From the sequence record NC_019538.1: a stretch of DNA of 64,000 nucleotides. One strand, given 5' to 3'. The first letter of the stretch is position 1. Every line of letters begins with the position of its first letter. The notes beneath the pieces are model-generated. The model was not told where the DNA came from. It made no database searches and saw only the letters and a list, made by a program, of their open reading frames with translations. This document shows, one piece after another, positions 54,731 through 64,000 of this stretch. Both the position numbers and the translations under genes were made by a program.

Positions 54731-55750
54731 ACAAGAACCCGTGATGCAAGGATCGCCGAATGGCGCTTCAACTTGGTTTCCAAAGATTCTAATTTATACC
54801 AATCAGTCCATCGTGTCATTTCTTTACTTCCAATAGTACCAGTGAACCAATCGGATATTGAAGGTGGATTATAAAATCCAGTGGAAATACTCATCCTAAT
54901 TTTATGACAAAAGTAAAAAGTCACATAATAGGTGCTTTCTGAACCTAATTTCAAAGACCAGACTTTGGTTGTTGAAAATACCTTCGTCATCTCGAATTGT
55001 GCATCTGGTAGGAAAGAATGAATAAAATATTTCTTGTGATCGAATCCTTCATCAACCAATGTCTTGTAGAGGTCAGATGCTACTTCAATCAACTCGCGTA
55101 GGTTAACTTTCCAACCATATCCGAGGTTAATTACCCCGATATATGCTGGTGTAATATTTTTGTTTAAAATATTGAGGACACGTCTCCCCGAATCGGTTTG
55201 TGTGATGATGAAATCATAATCCCACAGACTGAAAACATGTGCGCGGTTTACTGATTTTAGTTTTGATTCTATAGCTTGTACGTAAGAAAATTCATGATCC
55301 ATCATACTTTTGATACCAGCCATAGCAAGAGATAGACAGATTGGATAACCGAAATAGTCCGCAGTATCTTTATGGAGTTGTGTGTACATTTTATTCCTCG
55401 TCGTAAACTGGTTCAAAAATAACAGATTTACCGTACTTAGTAAATCCTTCTTTGGTGCTATACACCATATTTTTAAGATTACCTTTTATCCAACCGGTTT
55501 TTTGTTCTGGTGTACATTCCTCCCACGAACTCATCAACCCATTAGGATAGCAATTTTGGAAGTGATAAACCTCAACAGGTTTATCGTATTTGTTTTCCAT
55601 ATATGAAATGGAAGAATAGATCGAAGACTTATCATAGTGGGTTGGGAAGATCCAGTTCTCAACATCACCAGTCTTCTTATTGAGTGAAACTATTAGGGTA
55701 ACCGTGTTTACATTAATTTTCATGATATGTCTCCTTGTCTTTCGATACAC
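54727..55750 (-). CDS. Hypothetical genes 54727-55416 and 55391-55723
   Basis: ORFs with RBS. Confidence 0.65.
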
Positions 55751-55752
55751 AT

Positions 55753-55792
55753 AAGATACAGAAAAGCCGAAAGCATGTCAACACTTTCGGCT
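55753..55792 (-). promoter_or_regulatory. Fused terminator/promoter: TTGACA-N17-TATCTT with the -35 box in a hairpin loop
   Basis: Stem AGCCGAAAG 55765-55773 and CTTTCGGCT 55784-55792; -35 at 55776-55781, -10 at 55753-55758. Confidence 0.75.
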
Positions 55793-55798
55793 AGATTT

Positions 55799-56671
55799 TT
55801 AAGCAGCAAACGGAATATCTAGTTTTCCGTTATGAAGATAACCATCAATTGTTACAATATCGTAAACTTTGTTCTTTTCATCAAGCACATAGTTTAGATC
55901 GACACATTTCTCGTCAAAAACCAACACGGGGTTGTTTAGTGGGTGTGGTTCTCGTTTCAGAAACTCTTCACATGCGTCGAATTGATTTTCGTAAATGTGA
56001 ACGTTGTTCATAACATGGGTAACCTTCCCGACCTTATGACCCGTGATCTTAGCCATCAGTTCTAGGAAAAACCATGCTTGGAGCATATTGGCGGGGCCAC
56101 CTAGAAGGATGTCAGTGCTACGTTGATACGACGTAAGGTGAAGGGTATCACCGATAAGCTGGAACTGGTGCATCATCATACAAGGACGTAAACAACCTTC
56201 TTCGAACCGAGAAGGATCCCAGAAGGTGATGATCTCACCGCGATTATCAATACCAGCTTTCAGATCTTCATACACATCCCAAAGTAGGTCATATTCCCCA
56301 CCCATGTTACCAAAGTCACGGGCGATTGCACCATAGACGTTACCCATATCATCCTCACCTAGTCGGTTCGGATTGGCTAACCATGCTTTTGTCTCATTTG
56401 CGTTGGCATCCCATGTACGAGTCCCGAGATCCCGAAATTGCTTTGCGCTGGTATATCCTCGCAGATAACCCACAAACTCAGCGATGAACATCTTGAAGAA
56501 AACGTGTTTATGAGAAATCATCGGACATCGGTCATAAACCATAACATGAGTTGGAATAGTTCGACAAACATATCCAGTACGAGAGTTGAAGATGTCATGA
56601 CCAGATTCAAAAACATTCTTTACTAGATTGTAATATTCTGATTCGTACTTACCTTGTGGGAGTAATGTCAT
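55799..56671 (-). CDS. td: Thymidylate synthase (uninterrupted)
   Basis: RTG, WDANA, LRPC (catalytic Cys), YQRSTDILLGGPANM, HIYENQ. Confidence 0.95.
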   Translation of the reverse strand: MTLLPQGKYESEYYNLVKNVFESGHDIFNSRTGYVCRTIPTHVMVYDRCPMISHKHVFFKMFIAEFVGYLRGYTSAKQFRDLGTRTWDANANETKAWLANPNRLGEDDMGNVYGAIARDFGNMGGEYDLLWDVYEDLKAGIDNRGEIITFWDPSRFEEGCLRPCMMMHQFQLIGDTLHLTSYQRSTDILLGGPANMLQAWFFLELMAKITGHKVGKVTHVMNNVHIYENQFDACEEFLKREPHPLNNPVLVFDEKCVDLNYVLDEKNKVYDIVTIDGYLHNGKLDIPFAA

Positions 56672-56961
56672 TGCATCAAGATCCCACCGGTAGATTTGCT
56701 ATAACCCCCAAGAGCCTCAGTAGAACTCTTAACGTTTTCCATCTGCTCATAGAAAGTCGTCATAGCAAGCTGCATTTCGGTAAATCCGGCGCGGAGTTCC
56801 GTATTTGATTCAACTAGACTTTGAATTGTCGCTTCGTGCGTCTTGATTGTTTCTCGCTGGTGTTCCAACTGTTTAACCATTGCGTCGATCATAAAATTTT
56901 GCACAAAAATGGATTCTTCTACGGTTGGATTTTCTTTTTCGATTAGTTCATTGATATTCAT
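56668..56961 (-). CDS. Coiled-coil hypothetical protein
   Basis: Heptad pattern; translationally coupled between frd and td. Confidence 0.7.
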   Translation of the reverse strand: MNINELIEKENPTVEESIFVQNFMIDAMVKQLEHQRETIKTHEATIQSLVESNTELRAGFTEMQLAMTTFYEQMENVKSSTEALGGYSKSTGGILMQ

Positions 56962-57494
56962 TTACTTTCCTTTTTGAAATGAGTATAGACAACACTCAGC
57001 CCCTCTTTGGTGGTAAGAACCTGACTATCTACGATGCTCATAGTGCATGAGATTTCCTTGACCAACCCCATATCTAGGTTTACGTCACAGAATTGTTTAG
57101 ATGGCATTGTAGCGCAGGATATAACGGTTACATGGGCTTCATTAACCATTCCAGAAGACATGAAATGATAAAGCATACTCGGTCCACCAATTACACAAAA
57201 ATCGGTTTCTGGATTATTTTCAATCATCTGATTGATCAACCCCATATCATCGGAGATAACATCCGGACCCTCACCACTCTTAGTGACTGAATCAGGATTA
57301 GATGATAACACAATATGCATACGATCTTTAAGTTTACTTGGAAGAGATTCAAACGTCCCCCGGCCCATAATCAGAACTTTTTTGGAAGTTACATCTTTGA
57401 ATTTCTTCATATCTTCTCGGATATGGGGCCAAGGCATAGTACCACAGTGCCCGAATTGTCCTTGTTCACCAACTGCAAAAACTAAACTAATCAT
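56958..57494 (-). CDS. frd: Dihydrofolate reductase
   Basis: FG..G.MPWP..EDMKKFK..T...IMGRGTFESLP..L..R, VIGG. Confidence 0.93.
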   Translation of the reverse strand: MISLVFAVGEQGQFGHCGTMPWPHIREDMKKFKDVTSKKVLIMGRGTFESLPSKLKDRMHIVLSSNPDSVTKSGEGPDVISDDMGLINQMIENNPETDFCVIGGPSMLYHFMSSGMVNEAHVTVISCATMPSKQFCDVNLDMGLVKEISCTMSIVDSQVLTTKEGLSVVYTHFKKESK

Positions 57495-57504
57495 CTTCTA
57501 CCTC

Positions 57505-58361
57505 TTAATAAGTACATTCATAACAAGAAAATTCGTACTTACTTTCTTGTTTTTCATTAGGATTTTTGATCTTAACCCGGACACCACAAAGACAATTATC
57601 CTCCCATGGTAAACATCGGTGTTTCTTATTATCGACACCGATACAACGAATCAAATTCTCTCGGATCTCTTGCTTTGTCATATTTCTCATGGTTGGAGAC
57701 CCATATCCATTTTAGTTACGTCAAACAGATAAATACTTGGATGGATAGAGCAATAGTTATCACACTTAAACCCAAAATACATACTATCCCGATAAACGTC
57801 TTTATCAACAATTTCCATAGAGTAAACAATATCACCTTTCTTATACACCAACAAAGAATAACCATCAGATTGGAAGGCTCTCCATGGATATGATGTATAA
57901 TCATGGTCATATCGAACGTTAGTCAAGATAAGTTTATCTGCATAAATATAATCCAGTTCCATTTTAAACCCCCAGAAGGTTAAGAAGAGTGTATTCAGAT
58001 TTCCCTTTTGCAAAATGACAGAAAGAATGAAAATCCTCCTTGGTATATCGACCTTTCCGAACATACATTTTAAAGGTACGATTCAAAATCTTTTCTCGAT
58101 CTGATTGATGACCTAGCTTTTTCATTCTACTTCCTCCAAACACTCTTCTACCAATTTGAAATATTCTCCCTTGTTGTATCCACCCGGAACATCAAACATC
58201 AGGATACCATCATACTGTTCACCATATGAATTTTCGCTAATCCCAATAGCTTTTACACCAATCCAACCAACATAACACAACTCGATGATATCGCCGATAC
58301 CAACTATATGGTTTTCACTAACGGGAGTAGTGATCCGATACTTTTTACCTGCTTCAATCAT
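57505..58361 (-). CDS. Hypothetical genes 57505-57690, 57687-57962, ~57964-58125 (53 aa, absent from the track) and 58122-58361
   Basis: ORFs with RBS or ATGA overlap. Confidence 0.62.
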
Positions 58362-58363
58362 AA

Positions 58364-58585
58364 TTATACCCTCACCAAGAACTGTTTTTCATATTCGGTA
58401 ATGAAGAAATCTTGTCCACCCTTAGAGACCCAAAATCCACCCAAATCTTTATATGCTGGTTCGTCATGAACACGGAAAGGGTCTAGACCAACAATACCAA
58501 CGAACAGCAGGTTGTGTTGATCTGTACACGGCATTTCGGAAACAAATTGGTTCATAGCTTCTTCTGATTTGAACTTATACATCAT
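58364..58585 (-). CDS. MKIRFK-family paralog
   Basis: MMYKFKSEEAMNQF...HN...VGLDPFRV...ITEYEKQFL. Confidence 0.75.
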   Translation of the reverse strand: MMYKFKSEEAMNQFVSEMPCTDQHNLLFVGIVGLDPFRVHDEPAYKDLGGFWVSKGGQDFFITEYEKQFLVRV

Positions 58586-58731
58586 GATCTTAATCCTCAT
58601 AAGATTTGCGAATACCAACAGAAACTTTTGCTTTTACGCCATAAGAACCGTCGTTCATTTGAGTTTTGATTAACATGACAACCTCCTTCCTGTTTCTTCA
58701 TGGGCTATATTACAAAAGTTGGGACGTGAAA

Positions 58732-59712
58732 TCAACTAATTTTTGAAAATAAATCCAGTACAGCAGATGTTTTTGCTTTCGCTTCAACTTCTAGGCAACC
58801 CAAACCAGACAGGATTTTAGCTTGTTGGATGACCATAGGATCATCAATATAATCGCTATGTGCGCGGGATACTTTGTCTACTTCACGGCTTTGTGAAACG
58901 TGGAAAAACGGTTTTTGGTTTCCCCAAGTGGAAAGGATTCGTTCAAACGTAGATGAACCAACATCCAAAAATTCGCCGGTCATAACAAGATGGTGATGGC
59001 AGTCATACAACATTTTTATACCATATTTTTCACAAATAAGCAACGTATTTTGAGTGTCCCCCGTGAAGATCTTACCGTTTTTATCGCTATTCTCAAATGA
59101 GAGCCAAGGAATAAGATCCGAATATTGACCATTATCAAGTTCTGGGAGATGATCTAAGTTGCCTTCAAGATGAATATTAATACAAGATTTGTCTGATGTA
59201 GTCAACCGTTCCATAAAATATTTGTGATACATGAGGGTAACAAAAGATTGATTTCTGGTATCTTCACCGACAGAATTGATGATAACAAACTGGTCCGGGT
59301 GAGTAGATATCACGATACCGTTTGAATCAATTACTTTTTTGCAACGATTTAGCAACATGTCCACAACGGATAACACGTCCACATCGTAAAGAGACCCTAA
59401 CACTGGGTGGTCAAACAACGGAAGTAGATCTGAACTAATCCGCAGAGCATGACATTCAGTTGGCATACCAGACACAAAAACCAGTTGGTTGTACAAAGCA
59501 TTTAGATTTTGTTTAACTTTAGGCATCAGCTTTGCCTTTAGTTTAATAGAATTTTTAGATACCACATCCAATGTAAGGAGTGACGGGTCGTCAATCCCGC
59601 ATATCTGCATCATACTTTTTCTGGTAACCGTACCCATTTTTGTATCTTTATGAGCTGTAAAAGTTGATTTAGACTTATCGAAAATACCAGTCATACATAC
59701 AGTACCAAGCAT
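58732..59712 (-). CDS. uvsE: UV-damage endonuclease
   Basis: LRISSDLLP, STHPDQF...NS, NIH, ENSDK, YDCHHH, HVSQ, AHSDYI, EAKAK. Confidence 0.9.
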   Translation of the reverse strand: MLGTVCMTGIFDKSKSTFTAHKDTKMGTVTRKSMMQICGIDDPSLLTLDVVSKNSIKLKAKLMPKVKQNLNALYNQLVFVSGMPTECHALRISSDLLPLFDHPVLGSLYDVDVLSVVDMLLNRCKKVIDSNGIVISTHPDQFVIINSVGEDTRNQSFVTLMYHKYFMERLTTSDKSCINIHLEGNLDHLPELDNGQYSDLIPWLSFENSDKNGKIFTGDTQNTLLICEKYGIKMLYDCHHHLVMTGEFLDVGSSTFERILSTWGNQKPFFHVSQSREVDKVSRAHSDYIDDPMVIQQAKILSGLGCLEVEAKAKTSAVLDLFSKIS

Positions 59713-59751
59713 TTAAAAATCCCCTACAACATTATGTGGGTGTATACTAAC

Positions 59752-59781
59752 AAAAAGGGTTGACCTAAGTCAACCCTTTTT
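59752..59781. terminator. Perfect 13-bp hairpin (bidirectional terminator-like; contains TTGAC)
   Basis: AAAAAGGGTTGAC 59752-59764 and GTCAACCCTTTTT 59769-59781. Confidence 0.75.
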
Positions 59782-59785
59782 TCAT

Positions 59786-60070
59786 TTAAAATTCCAGAGT
59801 ATCGAAATCTTTATCCATCAGATGGAGAACAATCTTTTTGAACTTCGCTTTTGTCTTTGAGTTAATGGGCATAGAACCCAAAAATTCCCAGTAAGAACCA
59901 GTAAATTCAAAAATCTGCAAATCGTCCCCGTCTACCTCAGTCGCCAGATAACCGAGGTTTGGACCACCAAGACATTCAAACAACCCAGTGCAAGTACCAT
60001 CACCCCAACTCAGGGTATCTTCAAACAGTGAATTAAATTTTGCAGTTTGTTCTTTATTCATCTTAGCCAT
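59786..60070 (-). CDS. Hypothetical acidic protein
   Basis: ORF with AAAAGG RBS. Confidence 0.7.
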   Translation of the reverse strand: MAKMNKEQTAKFNSLFEDTLSWGDGTCTGLFECLGGPNLGYLATEVDGDDLQIFEFTGSYWEFLGSMPINSKTKAKFKKIVLHLMDKDFDTLEF

Positions 60071-60132
60071 TATATTAACCTTTTATTTTTAGTTGTGTTG
60101 AGGTTGCAATACGCAACCCCTTTCTATTTTTA

Positions 60133-61659
60133 TTACAGACCAGCCAGCGCACGAGCTTGGATGTCTTTCCAGATTTGGAAGTTAACAATCTTACCATCAC
60201 GGAAAGCAATTTTCAGTTCGCCTTGGTTGAACTCATCGGCGGTTTGGTTCTCGAAAAGAACATAATCACCATCAACCTTCTCAACCCGCAGACGACCACG
60301 AGCTGACTTCTTACTGTTCAACGCGGTTTTCGGGTTCTTCTGCATGGAGATATCAATACCATCAACGATGGAGTGAGTACCCTTGATTGCGATAGAGAAG
60401 CTATCACGAGAGGAATTCTTGAGGAAACCCCAGCTGCCAGTACCCATCAGTACGTTGGAAACACACCAACCAGCAGCAGCCATACCAGCATAGATCTTCT
60501 CTTGCAGTTCACCGTCAATCGCTTCGCCGTAGATGATACCAACTTTCGGATTCAGAACACGGAAACCCTTCTCATTCACAGTACCGCCGAAGATATCCCA
60601 CAGGATTTGCAGAGACCCTTTACGCTCATTCTCATCTTCTGCCTCTGGGTCACCCATAATAACCTCATAAGGGGTCTTAGGAGAGCTATCGGGACGAACT
60701 ACGAACTTACACAGACCATTAGAATCCGGTTGACGACCTTCGATTTCGTCTTTCAGAGCCAGAAGGTCTACAGCCAACAGACGGTAATAATCTTCGCTAT
60801 CAGCAACGTAACTCAGAATCCCAGTCGGATAAGTTTCAGTAAACAGGCGACGCAGGCTTTCACGTTCTGCATGTTCGAAACCCAGACCACGGAAGTAAGC
60901 GATACGCTGGGTTGCAGTTGCATGTTCGAATGCGTTAACAGAACAACCGATCAGTTCCTCGTCGCTATTAGCACCATAATAGTCTTCAATGTAATCGATA
61001 GCCCAACCAGTGTCAGTACCAGCACTGAACAGAAGCTGACCCATACCGGAGATAGTAGAATCTTCGATACCACGATGACCCCGAGCAGCGAAACAGTGGT
61101 TTGCAATCAGAGCCCAGAAATCATTTGCACCGGTTACCGGAGCCCACTTGTTAGAGGTCTTGCGATATTGAGCGGATACTACGGCAGCATTACACATGGG
61201 CCATACCATTGCACTCAGGAAGGTTTCCATGTAGTTAACCAACCAGAAAAACTCTTTCAGGGTGTTGCTAACTACGAAAGCCGGGATACCCATATTGATC
61301 CAGTTGCCTTCTTCAATTGCACGAACTTCCAGAGGCAGATAACCCAGATCATGAAGGTCACCAAGAGCTTTAATCATGGAATCGCCGTGGTCTTTACCGA
61401 TGGAGTTTTTTACACGACGTTCAAACCGGCGAATAACTTTCTCTTTGGACTTTTTGAAGAAGTTTTGATCCCACATCTCAACCATATATTGTAGGGAGAA
61501 TTGCAGGCCAAAGAATACCATTTTACCGTTTTTATGGATGGTATTAGCCAGACGGTCAGAACGGGGTGTCAGGTTGGCGATTACCAGTTCGGTTCCATTA
61601 ACATACTGATCAATGTGACCCCATTTGTAGAAGTCGGAAGTCATATGCGGATATTTCAT
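60133..61659 (-). CDS. nadV: Nicotinamide phosphoribosyltransferase-family enzyme (NadV/Namat-like)
   Basis: SDFYK.GH..QY, FFGLQ, EHAT, S.VADSEDY, VVRPDSS, IIYGEAI, GSWGFL, K.P.T...KKSARGR. Confidence 0.9.
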   Translation of the reverse strand: MKYPHMTSDFYKWGHIDQYVNGTELVIANLTPRSDRLANTIHKNGKMVFFGLQFSLQYMVEMWDQNFFKKSKEKVIRRFERRVKNSIGKDHGDSMIKALGDLHDLGYLPLEVRAIEEGNWINMGIPAFVVSNTLKEFFWLVNYMETFLSAMVWPMCNAAVVSAQYRKTSNKWAPVTGANDFWALIANHCFAARGHRGIEDSTISGMGQLLFSAGTDTGWAIDYIEDYYGANSDEELIGCSVNAFEHATATQRIAYFRGLGFEHAERESLRRLFTETYPTGILSYVADSEDYYRLLAVDLLALKDEIEGRQPDSNGLCKFVVRPDSSPKTPYEVIMGDPEAEDENERKGSLQILWDIFGGTVNEKGFRVLNPKVGIIYGEAIDGELQEKIYAGMAAAGWCVSNVLMGTGSWGFLKNSSRDSFSIAIKGTHSIVDGIDISMQKNPKTALNSKKSARGRLRVEKVDGDYVLFENQTADEFNQGELKIAFRDGKIVNFQIWKDIQARALAGL

Positions 61660-61675
61660 TTTCTCATTTTCCTTA

Positions 61676-63427
61676 TTACATAATTTGAGTAAAGTATTTT
61701 TCTAACGTATCTTTTCTCATAGAATACGTTGTTTCTGTTTTAACGTCAACAAAATTTACAGAACCATCATCACAAATTTTACAAACCTGCCCATCCATCA
61801 CAAAATTATCAATCGCAGTAAGCCAACCGATGTTTCGATGGTCTCTCATAAATTCGACCCGATGTCTATCTGATTTGTAGTATATCGAGGTCACGTTAGG
61901 TTTAAAAGCAAATTTTTTGCGGTATTCATTGATGATTTTCGGGGTATCTTCAAATCCTACCATTCTGGTGAATTTACTAACAGGTTCCTCTTCAAACTGT
62001 TGAATATACTCTACCACGTCACCAAAGGAAAACAAAACGATTTTTTCTGATGAGTAACGATTTTTGATGAACACAAAAACACCATCTTTATAGTCAATCA
62101 CATAGCTACTTGACATGGTAAACCGGTCCAACCGACGACGTAGGTCCGCATAATCAGAAACATCCCCATCTGCGTTTTCCACCACATAAGGAACATTACC
62201 AATAAAATAAATTCTCATAAAACCAACCTTGTTCTTTGAATAACCAGATCGCCACCTTCCTTAAACTCTAGGTTTACAAGAATGCAATCACCTTCATCTT
62301 TGTAAGAATGTACCACCAAATCGGATAGATTATATCCAATGTTTTCGAGTGTGAGGTCGATTATTTTTGTCATAACCCGTCCGGGGGTTTGCCATTTTCC
62401 AATCATACAGTTTTAACCCACAAATGTTGATTATCTCGAACAAAACCATAAATTTTTTGTTCTACAGGAGACAAAGATAGACATCTTTCCATTTCTTCAT
62501 CTGACCACATAAGTTCCATGTCAACATTAATACCACGGATTACAATTTTGTGGATATCAATATAAGTTTTCTTTGTCCGTTTGTGTTCGTTCATAATATG
62601 TGCAAAAGCATCACATAGATATTTCATATCAATAGATGTCATATTATTTCTCCTTATTAGGTATGTGGATCATAACACGGGATCTACAATTTGGGCAAGA
62701 GTAAGTTTTCTTTTTTAATGAGTCATTATAGACCCACTTTGCAGTTACCATACTATATTCATGACGGCAACCATAGCAAATAAACTTGGTATCTCCCCAA
62801 TGTTCCTTATACCATTTGTCATCCATCAAAATTTGTTCCCATCACAGTCAATACGAAGAGATTCACTTTTTCCGAACTTTCGTTCCCCACAAATAAACCC
62901 TGCCCGTTTCGCTCGACAACTACCAAGACTCTGTTTATGAATGATACGTCCAATGAATTCATCCATATGGTCATGGTTTACCAGCTTAGAGAAAACTACG
63001 GTCAAAACTTTACCATCTTTAAGATCATACTCGATGAATTTATGGTCACCGATAGTATCCCGACCAATATCAATGATTTCGATATCATTTTCTTCCGAAC
63101 GGAACCAATCATGATATCGATCGAACATCCGGATCCGGTGTACCTTTTCCACTTCATCCATTGGAATTTCACCAATAATCTTGATGGTGATAGGTTGATA
63201 TGATTCGTGACAGTCTTCTTTCTTCAATACATATGTAATTGAATTGATCATTTCTTTTCTCCAAAACAGAGAGTACCGATAGCCAGATTATGAACGAGAT
63301 TCTTGATCTCTTCTTCGTTCATCCCATTCGCCTTTTCCCGCATCAACATTTCCTGAACAGATTGGTTAGCCAGAAGTTCATCGATACGGGAGTTAATGAA
63401 TTGGGTCATAGTTTCGATACTCATCAT
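61676..63427 (-). CDS. Six small genes between nadV and prs: 61676-62218, 62215-62406, 62403-62642, 62644-62829 (CxxC...CPNC Zn ribbon), 62826-63251, 63248-63427
   Basis: Abutting ORFs with ATGA overlaps. Confidence 0.7.
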
Positions 63428-63437
63428 GTTTAGTTCC

Positions 63438-64000
63438 TTATTTTGTCCAGTCGAAACGAGTATATACGTTGTCGATGTACTGTGCAAGGTTTTCTTTGGC
63501 GTTGTAAGAAAAAATTCCATGGGTAACAAACAGGTCCACTCGAACCGCACCAGACTCTTTCAATACTTTACCAAGATTGAGGAAAGAACGACCACCATCA
63601 CAAATATCGTCTACGATCAACAACCGCTTACCTTTGACGTCAGAATTGAAACGAGGTTCGCTAACTTCACCAGTGTTGATATCGCGAGTCTTCATGGCTT
63701 CAATTACTGGAAGACCCGCATTTTGAGCTTGGGGATAGATCTTTTTCAGAGCACCCGCATCCGGGGATACAATCGCGTCATAATTACGACGGGAAATCCC
63801 TTGAGAACCCCAACACCACTGTTTGTTAACAGATACGTTATTGATCAATGCGGTTGATACATCGGAATGTGGATCTGTGAGACAAACCAAATCATATTTC
63901 ATAGAGTTGATGAAATCACAAAAGACACGCAAAGACAGGCTTTCACCTTCTGTCATAACTCGGTCTTGTCGAGCATAAGGGAGATAGGACAGGTCCAAAA
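63438..64000 (-). CDS. prs: Ribose-phosphate pyrophosphokinase-family enzyme (Prs/Adps-like), 5' part outside the window
   Basis: LPYARQDRV, DPHS, VSPDAGA, LIVDDICDGGRSF, LFVTHGIFS; frame open to the edge. Confidence 0.9.
   Translation of the reverse strand, partial: LDLSYLPYARQDRVMTEGESLSLRVFCDFINSMKYDLVCLTDPHSDVSTALINNVSVNKQWCWGSQGISRRNYDAIVSPDAGALKKIYPQAQNAGLPVIEAMKTRDINTGEVSEPRFNSDVKGKRLLIVDDICDGGRSFLNLGKVLKESGAVRVDLFVTHGIFSYNAKENLAQYIDNVYTRFDWTK

Noticed and set aside
55799-56671. Group I intron in td, or a dUMP hydroxymethylase identity
   Set aside because: The ORF is continuous at normal length, retains the ThyA Asn in GGPANM, and is paired with frd
60373-61494. 373-aa plus-strand ORF
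   Set aside because: Lies wholly antisense to nadV, has no family motifs or RBS, and is explained by the codon bias of the sense gene
50-63857. All other plus-strand ORFs in the track (e.g. 5401-5949, 14739-15311, 18444-19070, 19651-20232)
   Set aside because: Each overlaps a better-supported minus-strand gene and shows shadow-frame composition (Ile/Phe/His-rich)
63996-63998. Track start codon for prs
   Set aside because: It is an in-frame TTG at the window edge; the N-terminal Prs region must lie beyond the window
1-64000. tRNA genes, CRISPR arrays, integrase, structural genes
   Set aside because: No T-loop/cloverleaf pattern, no regularly spaced repeat-spacer array, and no matching ORFs seen by eye; tRNAscan-SE would be the decisive check

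Overview
This 64-kb window is a segment of a large lytic dsDNA phage of the T4 superfamily (Straboviridae-like). Support: close homologs of T4 RNA ligase 1 (rnlA) and endonuclease II (denA), frd and td in T4 order, and a T4-type TAAATA late promoter. It is AT-rich (roughly 35-40% GC by eye). Essentially all ~150 real genes lie on the minus strand, tightly packed, many behind sigma70-like early promoters. The plus-strand ORFs in the track are antisense shadows. The host is probably a gammaproteobacterium (weak inference). No structural module, tRNA, CRISPR array, integrase or intron was seen. Recognisable genes: Zn-finger/OB-fold protein, MazG-like pyrophosphatase, two homing endonucleases (GIY-YIG with Zn repeats; HNH-AP2), CYTH protein, DUF3307 membrane protein, amino-methyltransferase, PspA-like protein, 2OG-Fe(II) oxygenase-like protein, gp49-family (Acb4-like) protein, nucleotidyltransferase-like protein, RnlA, DUF4326, DenA, HAD phosphatase, Td, Frd, UvsE, and a NAMPT-like plus PRPP-synthetase-like pair (NARP1-type NAD rebuilding). 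The most unusual observations are: (1) a late-promoter gene in the early region that looks like a capsid-packaged polyprotein, with a BECR-like RNase domain and clustered prohead-protease sites; (2) a miniature, apparently catalytically degenerate family-B polymerase core; (3) a circularly permuted gamma-type methyltransferase; (4) two acidic peptides ending in W-x-S-S-x-x-C directly upstream of a nucleotidyltransferase-like gene; (5) a family of at least 12 MKIRFK paralogs; (6) a structured non-coding element with GAA-triloop hairpins; (7) a gene frameshifted at an A7 tract that the ORF track misses. All protein-family calls come from motif recognition by eye, not database searches.
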